64,000 nucleotides of DNA, from the NCBI GenBank assembly GCA_965216325.1, contig OZ244160.1:2272001-2336000 (forward strand), read 5' to 3'. The translations under genes were made by a program, and so were the position numbers. Below are positions 32,619 through 48,034 of this stretch, one piece after another; position 1 is the stretch's first letter, and each line of letters opens with the position of its first letter. Under the pieces are notes generated by a model. The model ran no database searches and had not been told where the DNA came from. It was given only the letters and a program-made list of their open reading frames with translations. Source of the stretch: Coraliomargarita sp. Its GTDB lineage: Bacteria > Verrucomicrobiota > Verrucomicrobiia > Opitutales > Coraliomargaritaceae.

Positions 32619-33566
32619 ATGGATAAGACATCAAAAATCTACGTAGCAGGACATCGCGGGATGGTGGGCTCTGCGGTGGTCCGCGCGCTACGCTTCGCGG
32701 GCTATGAGAACATTGTAACACGCACTCGAAGTGAGCTCGATCTGACCTCACAAGCAGCGGTGCGTGAATTCTACGCTGAGGAAACGCCGGATGTCGCGAT
32801 TATCGCTGCGGCGCGTGTGGGTGGAATCCATGCCAACAATACCTATCCGGCTGAGTTCATGTTCGAGAACCTTGCAATCGCTCAGAATACCATCGATGAG
32901 GCTTATCGATCAGGGGTGACTCGCTTGCTGTTCCTTGGCAGCACCTGTATTTATCCGAAATTTGCTGAGCAGCCGATTCGGGAGGACTCCTTGCTGACTT
33001 CAGCGCTCGAGCCTACCAATGAAGCGTATGCGATCGCGAAGATCGCAGGCTTGAAGCTTTGCGAGTTCTACCGTCGCCAATACGGAGTGTGCTATCACTC
33101 CGCGATGCCGACCAACCTCTATGGTCCAGGTGACAACTATCACCCGCAGAACTCACATGTCTTGCCAGCGCTGATTCGACGCTTTCACGAGTCGAAACTC
33201 AGCAATGCTCCGGAGATTGTCATTTGGGGTACTGGCACTCCACTGCGTGAATTTCTGCATGCGGACGATGCGGCAGCCGGGATCTTGCATCTGCTGCAAC
33301 TGGAGAATCCGCCCGATTGGGTCAACCTCGGTAGCGGCAAGGAAATCTCGATCAGTAATCTTGCACGACTAATTCAAGACAGCGTGGGTTACGAGGGTGA
33401 GCTAAGCTTTGATGCCAGCAAGCCGGATGGCACACCGCGGAAGCTGACAGACATCTCCCGCATCAAGGCAACTGGCTGGGAGCCCAGGATTCCCATCGAG
33501 CAGGGCGTTCCGATGGCCTACGAGTCGTTCCTGCAGGAGCTGGCTGAGGGTAGCCTGCGTGAGTGA
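32619..33566 (+). CDS. fcl: GDP-L-fucose synthase
   Basis: [24 protein letters not shown]. Confidence 0.95.
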   Translation: MDKTSKIYVAGHRGMVGSAVVRALRFAGYENIVTRTRSELDLTSQAAVREFYAEETPDVAIIAAARVGGIHANNTYPAEFMFENLAIAQNTIDEAYRSGVTRLLFLGSTCIYPKFAEQPIREDSLLTSALEPTNEAYAIAKIAGLKLCEFYRRQYGVCYHSAMPTNLYGPGDNYHPQNSHVLPALIRRFHESKLSNAPEIVIWGTGTPLREFLHADDAAAGILHLLQLENPPDWVNLGSGKEISISNLARLIQDSVGYEGELSFDASKPDGTPRKLTDISRIKATGWEPRIPIEQGVPMAYESFLQELAEGSLRE

Positions 33567-33571
33567 TTGAG

Positions 33572-34855
33572 CTACATGCTCAGTTCGCGGCTGACGGCCA
33601 TCACGCTGGTGATGATGCCCATGGCGATGAGCGCAACCATCAGGAATGCGGTAACCAGGGCGGCGGTGGAGACCATTGCGGTGAGTCCGGTTAAGCGTTT
33701 GGTGAGTTCATCGCGGAAGCCGCGAGTGACCTCGTCCATGCTATGTGCGAGGTTGCCGGTGTTCTCACCTACTGCGAGGATGTCGAGTGAGAGGTCTGGC
33801 ATGAATTCGTTGCGCTTGAAGGCCTGGGAGATGCCGAGGCCCTCATTGATTTGCCCGCGTGCGTTGTGGAAACGTTCTCGCAATTCGGTGTTCTTGATCG
33901 TGCGTTCGGTTAGGCGCAGGGTTTCGGTGGTGTTGATGCCGCTCTCAAGCAAGGTGCTTACCAAGTTGCCGGATTGAAAGAGGTCGGAGAGTAGGATGAT
34001 TTTGCCCAATAGTGGGAATTTGAGCAGCCAGCGGTCGGTTGTGCTCAAGCCTTTATCGGTCTTACGCCACCGTTCGAAGGCGATCGCGCCAATCACGACT
34101 AGGGCAATGGCATAGGGGCCGTAGGCAATGAGGAAGTCGGCGCCACCGATGAGAATTTTGGCACTCATGGTCATCTCGCCCCCGAGTTGATCGAGCATCC
34201 CCTGAATTTGAGGGAGCAGCACGGTCAGGAAGATGACGACCACGACGAGGGCAACGGAACAGATCAGAGACGGGTAGGCCATGCTCGCGATCATCTTCTT
34301 GCGAATGGCCTGCTTCTCTTCGAGGTAGTCGATGACTTTGCGCAGAATCGGGGCGAGGCTGCCGGTGGCTTCACCCGCTTCGATTACGTAGCTGACGGAG
34401 CCGGAAAAGTATTTGGGCTGGCGGTTGAGAGCCCCGGCAAGCGTGGCACCTTCGCTGAGGTCACGCCAGAGCTGGTTTGCGAGGGCTTTTTGTTCCGGAT
34501 CACTCAGGCGCTGGCTGAGGATTCGGATCGAATCACCGATTGGCAGACCTGAGTTGTGGAGTTCCAGTAGACGCTTTAGGAAATTGAATCCGACTTTCTC
34601 GCGTTTCGGTGTGCCACCGCTGATGGGTTTGCCCAGATTCGCTTCATCGTTTGTCTTGGCTGGGGATTGTAGTGCTTTAGCTTTGTTGACCCATTGCCCC
34701 AGGCTGAAGCCTTTGCGCTTGGCCTCAGTAACGGTGACTGGGTGCAGCCCGTCTTGCTGTAGGCGCTGTACGGCCGCCCGTCGGTCGGTTGCTTCAAGCG
34801 TGCCGGTTGTGATCGGTCCTGATTTTTGGCGGGCTTTGTAGTCGAACTGAGGCAT
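33572..34855 (-). CDS. Type II secretion system F / PilC family protein
   Basis: GEATG and VGENTG repeats, three TM helices. Confidence 0.88.
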   Translation of the reverse strand: MPQFDYKARQKSGPITTGTLEATDRRAAVQRLQQDGLHPVTVTEAKRKGFSLGQWVNKAKALQSPAKTNDEANLGKPISGGTPKREKVGFNFLKRLLELHNSGLPIGDSIRILSQRLSDPEQKALANQLWRDLSEGATLAGALNRQPKYFSGSVSYVIEAGEATGSLAPILRKVIDYLEEKQAIRKKMIASMAYPSLICSVALVVVVIFLTVLLPQIQGMLDQLGGEMTMSAKILIGGADFLIAYGPYAIALVVIGAIAFERWRKTDKGLSTTDRWLLKFPLLGKIILLSDLFQSGNLVSTLLESGINTTETLRLTERTIKNTELRERFHNARGQINEGLGISQAFKRNEFMPDLSLDILAVGENTGNLAHSMDEVTRGFRDELTKRLTGLTAMVSTAALVTAFLMVALIAMGIITSVMAVSRELSM

Positions 34856-35008
34856 CGTAGTTTGATGATAGGGCTACGCAGATTTTTTCACGAGTCGATG
34901 CTGTATTTTCGTTGGAGAAGGATTCCTGTGGAACGTGAATTTGAGGACTGTGTCTGGTGGAGGGTGCTTGCCTTTTGTTGGCGGGCAGTTCTACGCTATT
35001 TTTATACT

Positions 35009-35803
35009 ATGAGGTCGGTTTTTTTCAGTATGCTTTTGAGTGCCGTGTCCCTATCTGCTCTAGCGCAGGTGAATGCGGAGGTGTTGACCTATCCTGATGG
35101 CGAGGCTCCGCTTACTGTTCGCCAGAAATCGATGCCGAGTTTGAATGCGGCGTCCAAGTTGGGAAAGATTTTGACCCGTTATTACTCCGAGGGACTGGGG
35201 GGGCCGGATCATTGGAGTCAGATTGAGAGTCTACGAGTCAGTGGGACGATTGAAGTCGGAGACCAAGTGATGGAGATCAGCGCGTATCAAAAGAAGCCGA
35301 GTTACATTAAAATGGCGCTTAGAACTGAGTTGGGGAATGAAGTCTTTCTCGGTTACGATGGGAAGGATGCGTGGCGACAGGACGGTGAGTTTTTGCCCGC
35401 CAAGCCAATGGCAGAGCATGAGGCGCGGCGCTTTATCCACTCCGCTCATTTCGGAAATCACTTATTGTATCCTTACGCAAAAGGTAAGCGTATTGAATAT
35501 GTCGATACAGTCCCTGTTGACTCGGCGATTTGTCACCAAATTAGAGTGTCGTTGCCGACAGGCTATGTGGTCGACTATTTTATCGATATTCGCAGCTATC
35601 TTGAGGTTAAAGTAGTCAATGAAGACACTGAGACAGGCTTGGTGAGTGAGGTTGTCTACGAGGACTATATTCGAGAATTTGGTATGCCAATTGCAAAGCG
35701 GGTGCGTAACTATGAGGCTGGGGAGTTGGTCTCGTTCCTCGAGTTGACCGAGGTGAAGGTGAATACGGGAATCATGCCCTTCATGTTTCATATGCCTAAA
35801 TAA
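35009..35803 (+). CDS. Exported hypothetical protein (possibly LolA-like fold)
   Basis: Signal peptide; LGG..W, KKP.Y, GYDGKDAW; paralog of next gene. Confidence 0.65.
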   Translation: MRSVFFSMLLSAVSLSALAQVNAEVLTYPDGEAPLTVRQKSMPSLNAASKLGKILTRYYSEGLGGPDHWSQIESLRVSGTIEVGDQVMEISAYQKKPSYIKMALRTELGNEVFLGYDGKDAWRQDGEFLPAKPMAEHEARRFIHSAHFGNHLLYPYAKGKRIEYVDTVPVDSAICHQIRVSLPTGYVVDYFIDIRSYLEVKVVNEDTETGLVSEVVYEDYIREFGMPIAKRVRNYEAGELVSFLELTEVKVNTGIMPFMFHMPK

Positions 35804-35823
35804 ATTAGGGGTTCCTTGATCGA

Positions 35824-36759
35824 ATGAAGAAACTAGTCGCAACGGCGCTCTGTGCTCTCACATCTTTGTGTGGCCAAGAGCTTGAGGAATCCTATCGCCC
35901 GAATCCAGCGGAGGCGATGCGCACAACTGGGCAGCCAGCAGCAATGGAGACTTTATTGCAGGGGTATTATCAGAACACTTTGGGCGGCAGCGTGAATTGG
36001 GGCAGAGTTCAAAGTGTGCGCTTTCATGGTGTGCTTGAGTTGCCTCAAGGAATGGTCGAGTTCATTGCGTTCAAGAAGAAGCCGAATTACTGCAAGGTCG
36101 TGCTTTATGGTGCTGAAGGTATGCGCTTGGTCATGGCAACCGATGGTGAGGATTCCTGGCAGTTGGTCACCGATGATGCGTCCGAACCGGTTGATATGCC
36201 TGAAGCGGATGCAATAAATTTCCTGCGGGATGCCAGTATTGGCGGGCATTTAGTGTATCCGAACTGGCCAGGAAAGACGATTGAATTACTGGGCATCGAG
36301 CGTGTGGCTGAGGAAATGTGTTACCGTGTTCGGGTCAGTTTACCTGCTGGTCTCGTCGTTGAATATTTCATTGGCCTTACTGACTTTGTGGAGCGGCGGC
36401 AGGTTGTGACGAATGCTGCGACTGGGCAGCAGGAAGTGATCGATCACTTTGAGCATCGGGAGGTGCATGGCTTGAAGATCCCTTTCCGTAGTGTGATGTC
36501 GGCAGATGGCGAACAGGTTCACACAGTTCGTTTGTTGGACGTGGACGTGAACATTGGAGTCACCTCATGGATGTTTGCCCGAGATTCTGCTGCCTACGTG
36601 CCCAAAGCAGGACGCGAGGCAGTCAGCGTTTCGGGTGATCGTGCTGTAGACTTGTCCTTCCCCGGCGATGATTCGGCGATGGAGTCACGCTTTAAAATGC
36701 CTGAAATCAATGCCGAGCAGCGGGAGGAACTGCTGCGCGATATTGATGTAGAGCTTTAA
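35824..36759 (+). CDS. Exported hypothetical protein, paralog of 35009-35803
   Basis: LGG..W, KKPNY, TDGEDSW, HLVYP. Confidence 0.65.
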   Translation: MKKLVATALCALTSLCGQELEESYRPNPAEAMRTTGQPAAMETLLQGYYQNTLGGSVNWGRVQSVRFHGVLELPQGMVEFIAFKKKPNYCKVVLYGAEGMRLVMATDGEDSWQLVTDDASEPVDMPEADAINFLRDASIGGHLVYPNWPGKTIELLGIERVAEEMCYRVRVSLPAGLVVEYFIGLTDFVERRQVVTNAATGQQEVIDHFEHREVHGLKIPFRSVMSADGEQVHTVRLLDVDVNIGVTSWMFARDSAAYVPKAGREAVSVSGDRAVDLSFPGDDSAMESRFKMPEINAEQREELLRDIDVEL

Positions 36760-37553
36760 GCGTTGTGAAAAGCCTCGACCAGCTCTTCGGGGTCTTCGCT
36801 GCGCATGAGTGCTTCACCGACTAGAATGGCATCGGCTCCGCAAGCGCTGGCGCGCTCGGCGTCCTCAACTTCAAAAATGCCGCTTTCGCTGACTTTAATG
36901 ATGTCGTCTGGGATTTGAGGTATCAGCAGTTCGGATACCGCAAGATCTGTCTTGAAGCGCTTTAGGTCGCGATTGTTTACGCCGACAATTTTGGGATCAA
37001 ACTTGAGTGCTTTCTCGAGCTCACGTTCCTCGTGGATTTCAAACAGCGCATCCAGCCCGGCAATGCTAGCGGCTTCGTAAAGCACCTTGATGTCATCGTC
37101 TTCCAGTGCGCGGACAATGATCAGGATGCAGCGTGCTCCGGCTTCGGCCGCCTCGAGCACTTGGATCGGGTGGATCATGAAGTCCTTACGTAGGCAAGGA
37201 GTTGGGCGTTGGTGTTCTTCCAGAAAATCGACGACGTCCCAAAGGTCACGCAGTGTGCCGCCAAAGTAATCGGTGTCTGTGAGGACGGAGAAACAGTCGG
37301 CCTCGGCATTGACGTATTTGCGGGCTTGTTCGACGGCATCGAGGTCCTGTGCTGCGATTTGTCCTGCTGATGGAGACTTACGCTTGATCTCAGCAATCAC
37401 GGAAAGGCGGTCCTTGCGTGCCAGTGCGTCCAGGAAGCTTCCGCCTTGTTTGCGGATGCCTGCCATGCGCTCCAGTTCCGATTCGCGCACGGGGCGGATC
37501 AAATGCTGAAGTGCCTGCCGCTTCGCGGCCATGATTTCCGATAGTTTGTCCAT
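36756..37553 (-). CDS. trpC: Indole-3-glycerol phosphate synthase
   Basis: IAEIKRKSPS, LRKDF, GVNNRDL, SESGI. Confidence 0.95.
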   Translation of the reverse strand: MDKLSEIMAAKRQALQHLIRPVRESELERMAGIRKQGGSFLDALARKDRLSVIAEIKRKSPSAGQIAAQDLDAVEQARKYVNAEADCFSVLTDTDYFGGTLRDLWDVVDFLEEHQRPTPCLRKDFMIHPIQVLEAAEAGARCILIIVRALEDDDIKVLYEAASIAGLDALFEIHEERELEKALKFDPKIVGVNNRDLKRFKTDLAVSELLIPQIPDDIIKVSESGIFEVEDAERASACGADAILVGEALMRSEDPEELVEAFHNA

Positions 37554-37644
37554 TGCTGTGAACTTCGAACATTGAACGCCGAACTTTCAACATCGAATTT
37601 TCATTGGCTTTGATTCGATGTCGGACGTTCGGTGTTAGACGTTA

Positions 37645-38172
37645 TCACGATGCGTTTTTGCGTGCAGCGACCCAGTCGACTATTTTTTCGGGTTCGTCTT
37701 CGTAGGCCCAGGCGACTCGTAGGAACTCTGCTGGGTGAATATTGTTGGTCTTGAAGAACTTTCGGTCGCCGCCGCAGCCATACATGGTCTCTGTGGGGAG
37801 TTCGCCGCGGAGCTTTGCGATGGCCTTGGGCATGATGCGGGGTAGCCAGAGGATGTCGCGAACTTCTTCGGTTTTTGCGGGCAGTGTTGAAGAGTCGAGT
37901 GTCTCGTTGGAATGTACGCCTTTTTGCTTTGTCAGGAAATAGTCCCGGCGGACTTCATGAACCATGAGGAAGGTCTCAAAGTCAGGCTCGCCGCCGTTGA
38001 CGTAGTCTTCGGCGTAGTCGAAGACGTCCATAAGTGTGACGCCGAGTTGTGCGAGTTCTGTGAGTGTCACTTCGTCGAGAAAGCCGTCCGGTGTTTGGTG
38101 GCCGGATTCGTATTTTGCCACGGCATCGGTCCAAATCGCTTTGAGTCGTTGTTGGTAGGTGTAGTGATTCAT
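37645..38172 (-). CDS. Hypothetical protein (DUF5069-like)
   Basis: WLPRIMPKA..KLRGELP...YGCGGD. Confidence 0.6.
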   Translation of the reverse strand: MNHYTYQQRLKAIWTDAVAKYESGHQTPDGFLDEVTLTELAQLGVTLMDVFDYAEDYVNGGEPDFETFLMVHEVRRDYFLTKQKGVHSNETLDSSTLPAKTEEVRDILWLPRIMPKAIAKLRGELPTETMYGCGGDRKFFKTNNIHPAEFLRVAWAYEDEPEKIVDWVAARKNAS

Positions 38173-38247
38173 GGTATGAGGGATGAAGGCTTAAACTTGA
38201 GTCATGCGTTTTAAACTCAGGTTTCAAGTGTCAGGTGTCAGCTTTCG

Positions 38248-38859
38248 CTAATCCGGGCTGAAGCCTGCTTTCCATTCATCGAGTGGAACGACTTCAGGGA
38301 GTTCGCCATTGGCGTGGAACCACGAATCGATCGCATAGGCGTCGCCGGTTTCGTTCTCTAGCACGATGGCAGTGTTGTGCGGTAGGCGCCCTTGTATGAA
38401 GCCGCGGTGCTGCGGATAGCCAACCGTGTGGTAGTGGAGGAGGCCGCTGTTCTGAAAGAGCGTAAGGGCTACGGTCGTGTTGGTCGCTTCGGCGATGCAG
38501 TCCAGTTGGGCGCCGTGATTGTCGCCCTCGCGGCGATTGCGTGGGCGGTCGACATGGGTACCGTTCTTCTCGCCAATGATCTGTTCCATCGCTGCGATTG
38601 CAATTCGCAGGCGCTCGCGCTCTTCACCGGCACTTTGTGGAGCGGGTTCAAAAATCGCTGTGATACTTTGCCACTCGGCCGGAGTGTAGCCTAGCGTGCT
38701 GAGTTCGCGACAGCCGGCCTTGCGGCAAACCGTGAACTCTTCGACGGTTGGCTCCGCGCAGCGGTAGTGTCTGAGATAGTGCCCGGGGTCGCGTGTGGTT
38801 CCGCAGCCGACAACAAGCAGAGTTACTAGGCTGATGGCTGCGGAGATGAATCGGTTCAT
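38248..38859 (-). CDS. Putative lipoprotein
   Basis: LVVGC lipobox; QLDCIAE, HNTA, YAIDSWF. Confidence 0.7.
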   Translation of the reverse strand: MNRFISAAISLVTLLVVGCGTTRDPGHYLRHYRCAEPTVEEFTVCRKAGCRELSTLGYTPAEWQSITAIFEPAPQSAGEERERLRIAIAAMEQIIGEKNGTHVDRPRNRREGDNHGAQLDCIAEATNTTVALTLFQNSGLLHYHTVGYPQHRGFIQGRLPHNTAIVLENETGDAYAIDSWFHANGELPEVVPLDEWKAGFSPD

Positions 38860-38920
38860 AAGCTTGGATTGAGCTGCCTACATTCGACAAGCTCATGCCA
38901 GGGAAGGCGGGACCCCAACC

Positions 38921-40531
<1,611 letters not shown>

Positions 40532-40886
40532 CTAAAATCAAAAGGCGGCCCACAGAATTGTGTAGGGGGCCGCGCATGGGCTGGCATTCAATCGACCCTG
40601 CTTTCGGGTTGGCAACCCTTTTTCCGTGTGAAGTTGAACTCAAATTCATGCTGATTAGAAAAACTGCTCATAGGTTCTGCTTGGATTAGTTTTTATGATT
40701 TAGGGTTGGACTTTTCTGTGCTCACGGCTTGTATGCCGCACTGCTGCAGTGCAAGGCGAGGCTTCGTCCTGTAGGGCTGCTAATCTGACCTATTGGTTTG
40801 CCTAATAGATCATTTAGAACAGCTTGCGGATTTGAAAAACTTATCGTGCCTAGTAGCAGTATCAATCGAACACACTCCTAAAGATC

Positions 40887-41708
40887 ATGCATACACTATG
40901 TAGCTTTCTGTCTTCCACCATTGGGCGGAAGATTCTAATGGCGCTAACTGGCCTCGTGCTGGTGCTCTTTGTATTGGGGCATATGCTGGGTAACCTCCAG
41001 ATTTTCCTCGGTGCAGATGTGATTAACGCCTACGCATACAAACTGCACCACTTGTTGCCTGCTTCCGCGCTTTGGGCGATTCGCCTGTTCCTGCTCGGCA
41101 CAATTGCAATTCACATCTGGTGCGCGATTACCCTGACGCTCGATAACAAGAAGGCACGTCCTCAAGGTTACGACGACGACAAGATGGTTCAAGCCAGCTA
41201 CTCGTCCCGCACTATGCGTATGAGCGGTATCATCCTGCTCGCCTTTATCATTTTCCACATTGCTCACTTCACAGTGCGCAACGTCCCAGGGATGCAGTAT
41301 GGCGATCCTGCTGTATTGAGCCCGAACGAAGTGCCTTTGGTGAAGCACGGTGAGGCTGTTCTGAAGAACGGCGAACCAATCATGACCTTCAACGTTAACG
41401 ACATGATGGTCGATGGCTTTCAAGTCTGGTGGGTCTCTGCATTCTACATCATCGCAACTGGTTTGCTTTGCATGCACCTTACACACGGTGTGAGCAGCAT
41501 GTTCCAATCAGTTGGTCTGCGTAACAAACTCTGGCGTGCACGTCTCGACAAGGTCGCGCTGGTTTACGGTTGGGTTGTGTTCCTCGGCTTTGCCGTGATC
41601 CCTGCCGCAACACTTGCCGGTTTGTTGAAGGAAGACCCATCCGGCGGTTTGGCTTCCAAAGCCTGCTGCCCTGCTGAAGTCGCTGAAGTAACTGAAACCA
41701 CCAAATAA
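40887..41708 (+). CDS. sdhC: Succinate dehydrogenase cytochrome b subunit
   Basis: [14 protein letters not shown], heme histidines, operon context. Confidence 0.9.
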   Translation: MHTLCSFLSSTIGRKILMALTGLVLVLFVLGHMLGNLQIFLGADVINAYAYKLHHLLPASALWAIRLFLLGTIAIHIWCAITLTLDNKKARPQGYDDDKMVQASYSSRTMRMSGIILLAFIIFHIAHFTVRNVPGMQYGDPAVLSPNEVPLVKHGEAVLKNGEPIMTFNVNDMMVDGFQVWWVSAFYIIATGLLCMHLTHGVSSMFQSVGLRNKLWRARLDKVALVYGWVVFLGFAVIPAATLAGLLKEDPSGGLASKACCPAEVAEVTETTK

Positions 41709-41722
41709 GGAGCGAAGCACCG

Positions 41723-43666
<1,944 letters not shown>

Positions 43667-43687
43667 GCCTCAACCACAGAACACACC

Positions 43688-44461
<774 letters not shown>

Positions 44462-44485
44462 GCAGTCGAACCAATCAATTCCAAC

Positions 44486-44520
44486 AAAAGGCATCCGTCA
44501 TCCGGCGGGTGCCTTTTTTT
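44486..44520 (+). terminator. Rho-independent terminator after sdhB
   Basis: AAAAGGCATCCGTC..GGCGGGTGCC followed by T7. Confidence 0.8.
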
Positions 44521-44530
44521 GTGTTCAGGT

Positions 44531-44600
44531 GGACACCGAGGACGGTGTCCCTCCAAATAATGATCAGTTCTGATATGGAGGGACCGCGTCCTCGCGGTCC
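44531..44600. repeat. Two GGAG-footed REPs left of the RAYT gene
   Basis: 44531-44555 minus TGGAGGGACACCGTCCTCGGTGTCC; 44576-44600 plus TGGAGGGACCGCGTCCTCGCGGTCC. Confidence 0.85.
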
Positions 44601-44647
44601 GCAACGTTAGGGTTGAATCGCTAGTGTTGCGTGCTAGCTTTTTGTGC

Positions 44648-45124
44648 ATGTCAGAATTGCCAGAGCGGAAACGTCCTCCGCACCATCCTGCCGTTGAGTT
44701 GTTTAATCGTTCTGTCATCATTTTCTTAACCATTTGCACCAGTGGACGTCGGTCATGGCTGGGTTGTGATGCAGCGCATGCAGCTTTTAAGAAAGCTTCG
44801 TCTGCTGCAACGCATTGGCAAGTCGGGCGCTATATCTTGATGCCGAATCATATCCATCTCTTTTGCTCGCCCGGAACAGCACCTCCTGAGCCTGTTGCCA
44901 GGTGGGTGAGTTATTGGAAACGCCAGTTCACTTTAGAGATATGCAAGACTATCCCTGGATTTAAGTGGCAGAGAGATTTCTGGGATACGCAACTGCGATC
45001 CGGCGATTCATATTCAGAGAAATGGGCTTATGTTCAAAACAACCCCGTGAGAGCTGGACTCCTTGAAAACTCGGAATCATGGCCTTATCAGGGAGAGTTA
45101 AATTCTTTGCAATGGCATGACTAG
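44648..45124 (+). mobile_element. REP-associated tyrosine transposase (RAYT, Y1 HUH)
   Basis: FLTICT, LMPNHIH (HUH), WQRDFWD, YVQNNPVRAGL, WPY; flanked by REPs. Confidence 0.88.
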
Positions 45125-45133
45125 GCCTAATGC

Positions 45134-45200
45134 GGACACCGAGGACGGTGTCCCTCCAGGTCCATTTATTACAATTAATGTGGAGGGACTGCGTCCCCTC
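45134..45200. repeat. GGAG-footed REPs right of the RAYT gene
   Basis: 45134-45158 identical to 44531-44555; partial copy TGGAGGGACTGCGTCC at 45181. Confidence 0.85.
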
Positions 45201-45287
45201 TATCCGATCGGGGTGGTGTTTGCTAAGCGAATCAACTTTGGAACCTCGTGGCTTGCTTTCTGTCGGAGCTTACGAACCTTACAGTTT

Positions 45288-46748
45288 ATGATGAATCGAA
45301 TTCTTGCTACTTGTCTTGTATCATTATTGTTCTCACTTGCCTTGCAGGCCGATGATTCGCGTGGAAATCTGAATGTCACGCAGGACGCCGAGGCAATCAA
45401 ACCGACCAAAGAAATTCCGCTCGTTTCCTATGCGGACACCATCGAGCGCGCCTCGCCGGCGGTGGTTTCGGTCTATACCTCACGGATTCAGCAGGCTTAC
45501 TACGGTCGTGGCCCGAGCGGTTTGGAAGATATCTTGCGCCAGTTCGGTTATGGCGTGCCGGCACCACAGGCTGAGCCTGAAAAGCAACAGCGCGAAGTGC
45601 TGGGCGTTGGTTCGGGTGTGATTCTTTCAGCTGATGGTTATATCATTACCAACAATCACGTCATCCGCGATGAACGCGGCGGTAAAGTGGACGAGATCTT
45701 GGTTCAACTCAGTGATGGCACGGAATATGTGGCTGAATTGATCGGTGCAGACTCTAAGACGGACGTTGCAGTGATCAAAATTGATGCCAATCAAGACCTT
45801 CAGCCGGTCACCATTGCAGATAGTGATACACTGCGAGTGGGCGATATTGTCTTTGCGATTGGGAGTCCCTTGGGGAACGACAATACGGTCACGCAAGGCA
45901 TCGTCTCGGCTACGGGGCGCACGTCACTGGATATCTTGGGGCCAGGTTCTTACGAAAATTTTATTCAAACGGATGCAGCGATCAATATGGGTAACTCCGG
46001 CGGAGCACTGGTGGATGCGTGGGGGCGACTGGTTGGCATTAATACTGCGATTCTCTCTGGATCCGGAGGAAATATCGGTCTTGGCTTTGCCATCCCTGCT
46101 AACATGGCACTGAGTGTAGCACGCAATCTGGTTGAAGTCGGTGAAGTGCCACGTGGTTTGCTTGGCTTGTTCCCAGAGAATCTGACACCGGATCTTGCCG
46201 AAACCTTTGGCCTCGATTCGACCAAGGGCGCACTAGTCAGCCAAGTTCAGCCAGGCTCTCCAGCAGATCTAGGGGGCATCAAGCATGGCGACATCATTCT
46301 TAAGATTGATGATGTGGAAATTGTATCGGCCCCGCAGTTGCGCCTGACCGTTTCGCAAATGATGCCTGGCCGCGAAGTGCAAGTGGAGGTGGTACGCCGT
46401 GGTAAGACGAAGGTGCTCCCAGTTGTGCTGGGCAGCTTGAGTGGCAAGGTCATTAGTTCGGCAACGCCGCAAGCCATCCTTGAAGGAGTGTTGCTCGAGG
46501 AGATATCCGATGAGGTTCGCGAAGAATACAAGATCCCTGAATCTATTGAGGGTGTTATCGTGCGAAGTGTGGACAGCAAGTCGGACTACAGTCGCACGCT
46601 TTCGAAGAATATGGTGATCATGGAGGTCAATCAGACCAAGGTTACCACGCTAAAGCAGATGAAGAAGGAGCTTAAGGACGGTGCGAACAGCCTCTACGTC
46701 TGGGTGAGTGGCCAGAAGCGCTTCCTGTCGATTCGGATCGAGGAGTAA
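45288..46748 (+). CDS. HtrA/DegP-family serine protease with PDZ domains
   Basis: TNNHV, IQTDAAINMGNSGG, PDZ domains. Confidence 0.92.
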   Translation: MMNRILATCLVSLLFSLALQADDSRGNLNVTQDAEAIKPTKEIPLVSYADTIERASPAVVSVYTSRIQQAYYGRGPSGLEDILRQFGYGVPAPQAEPEKQQREVLGVGSGVILSADGYIITNNHVIRDERGGKVDEILVQLSDGTEYVAELIGADSKTDVAVIKIDANQDLQPVTIADSDTLRVGDIVFAIGSPLGNDNTVTQGIVSATGRTSLDILGPGSYENFIQTDAAINMGNSGGALVDAWGRLVGINTAILSGSGGNIGLGFAIPANMALSVARNLVEVGEVPRGLLGLFPENLTPDLAETFGLDSTKGALVSQVQPGSPADLGGIKHGDIILKIDDVEIVSAPQLRLTVSQMMPGREVQVEVVRRGKTKVLPVVLGSLSGKVISSATPQAILEGVLLEEISDEVREEYKIPESIEGVIVRSVDSKSDYSRTLSKNMVIMEVNQTKVTTLKQMKKELKDGANSLYVWVSGQKRFLSIRIEE

Positions 46749-46878
46749 CCCCTCCCATCTGGCAAGCAGATGACCTCCCCTTGGCAGGGGAGGAGCTTTC
46801 TTAGGTTCCAGCTCTCCTCCTTATCAAGGATGAGTGGTCGGCTTGCACCCAAGGGCATAATAACCCGACCGATGTGGT

Positions 46879-47967
46879 TTAATTAGCTCCCGCGTCTTTC
46901 CATATCGACTCGATGGTGTCCGATGGGATGCCATCTGTCGTGACGGCGGTGCCCAGAGCATCCATGGTTACAAACCGTAGTTGACCGCTGCGGTTTTTCT
47001 TATCCTTCAACATGGCTGACATGAGGTCTTCAATCTGTAGTGAAGATCCCAATACGGTTGGCAGCTTGTAGGCTTCGAGCACTTTGTTGACGCGCTCGAT
47101 GTTTGAGGCGTCGATTTGCTCAAGTTGGACGGAAAGCTGTGTGGCGAGGTTGAGGCCTATGCCGACGGCTTCACCGTGCAGGTATTCGCCATAACCTGCG
47201 ACGTTCTCGATGGCGTGCGCAAAGGTGTGGCCGAGGTTCAGGAGGGCACGGCCGCCGGAAGCAGCGGTTTCTTTCTCATCGTCGGCGACGACTTGGGCCT
47301 TAATCGCACAGCAGCGGCGGATGATTTCAGCAAGCTCAGGTGACTGTGCATTCAGGCCACCGAGTGCTTCAAGCTGGTCGAAGAGTTGGCTGTCGGCCAG
47401 CATGCCATACTTGATGACTTCGGCCATGCCTGCTGCGAATTCACGCTCAGGCAACGTCTCAAGCAGCACTGCATCGATGAAGACGGCCTTCGGCTGCCAG
47501 AAGGCGCCGACAAGGTTTTTACCTTCAGGCAGATTGATGCCGGTCTTGCCGCCCACCGAGCTGTCCACCATGGAGAGTAGGGTGGTTGGGATTTGGTAGA
47601 AGTCGACGCCCCGTAGGTAGCTCGCTGCAACGTAGCCAGTCAGGTCGCCGATCACGCCGCCGCCGAATGCAAATACTGCGCAGTTGCGGCTAAGTGAGTT
47701 GGACGCAAGAAAGCTGAGGCATTTGCTGAATTGCTCAACCGACTTGGTTGGCTCACCGGCGGGAAGTGTGAGGATCTCCTTTGCTTCGAAGCCTGCTTCA
47801 TCAAGAAAGTCTGGTTGTGCGGCCATCAGGCCAGCATCCGCAATGACACGCACGCTGCGCTTGGCTGCGCGCAGGTCTGCGACGGTAGCCTTGAGCGCGG
47901 CACGGCTGTCGCTGAAGTGAATCGGATACGAGCGATCGGCGAGCTCTACGGTAAGTGTTTGGGCCAT
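46879..47967 (-). CDS. aroB: 3-dehydroquinate synthase
   Basis: GGGVIGD, DSSVGGKT, LNLGHTFAHA. Confidence 0.95.
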   Translation of the reverse strand: MAQTLTVELADRSYPIHFSDSRAALKATVADLRAAKRSVRVIADAGLMAAQPDFLDEAGFEAKEILTLPAGEPTKSVEQFSKCLSFLASNSLSRNCAVFAFGGGVIGDLTGYVAASYLRGVDFYQIPTTLLSMVDSSVGGKTGINLPEGKNLVGAFWQPKAVFIDAVLLETLPEREFAAGMAEVIKYGMLADSQLFDQLEALGGLNAQSPELAEIIRRCCAIKAQVVADDEKETAASGGRALLNLGHTFAHAIENVAGYGEYLHGEAVGIGLNLATQLSVQLEQIDASNIERVNKVLEAYKLPTVLGSSLQIEDLMSAMLKDKKNRSGQLRFVTMDALGTAVTTDGIPSDTIESIWKDAGAN

Positions 47968-48034
47968 GGAGATGAGTTTTTAGTTGAAAGTTGTTGGTTG
48001 TTAGGAGGCGCTGGATACGTGCAACTGACAACTA

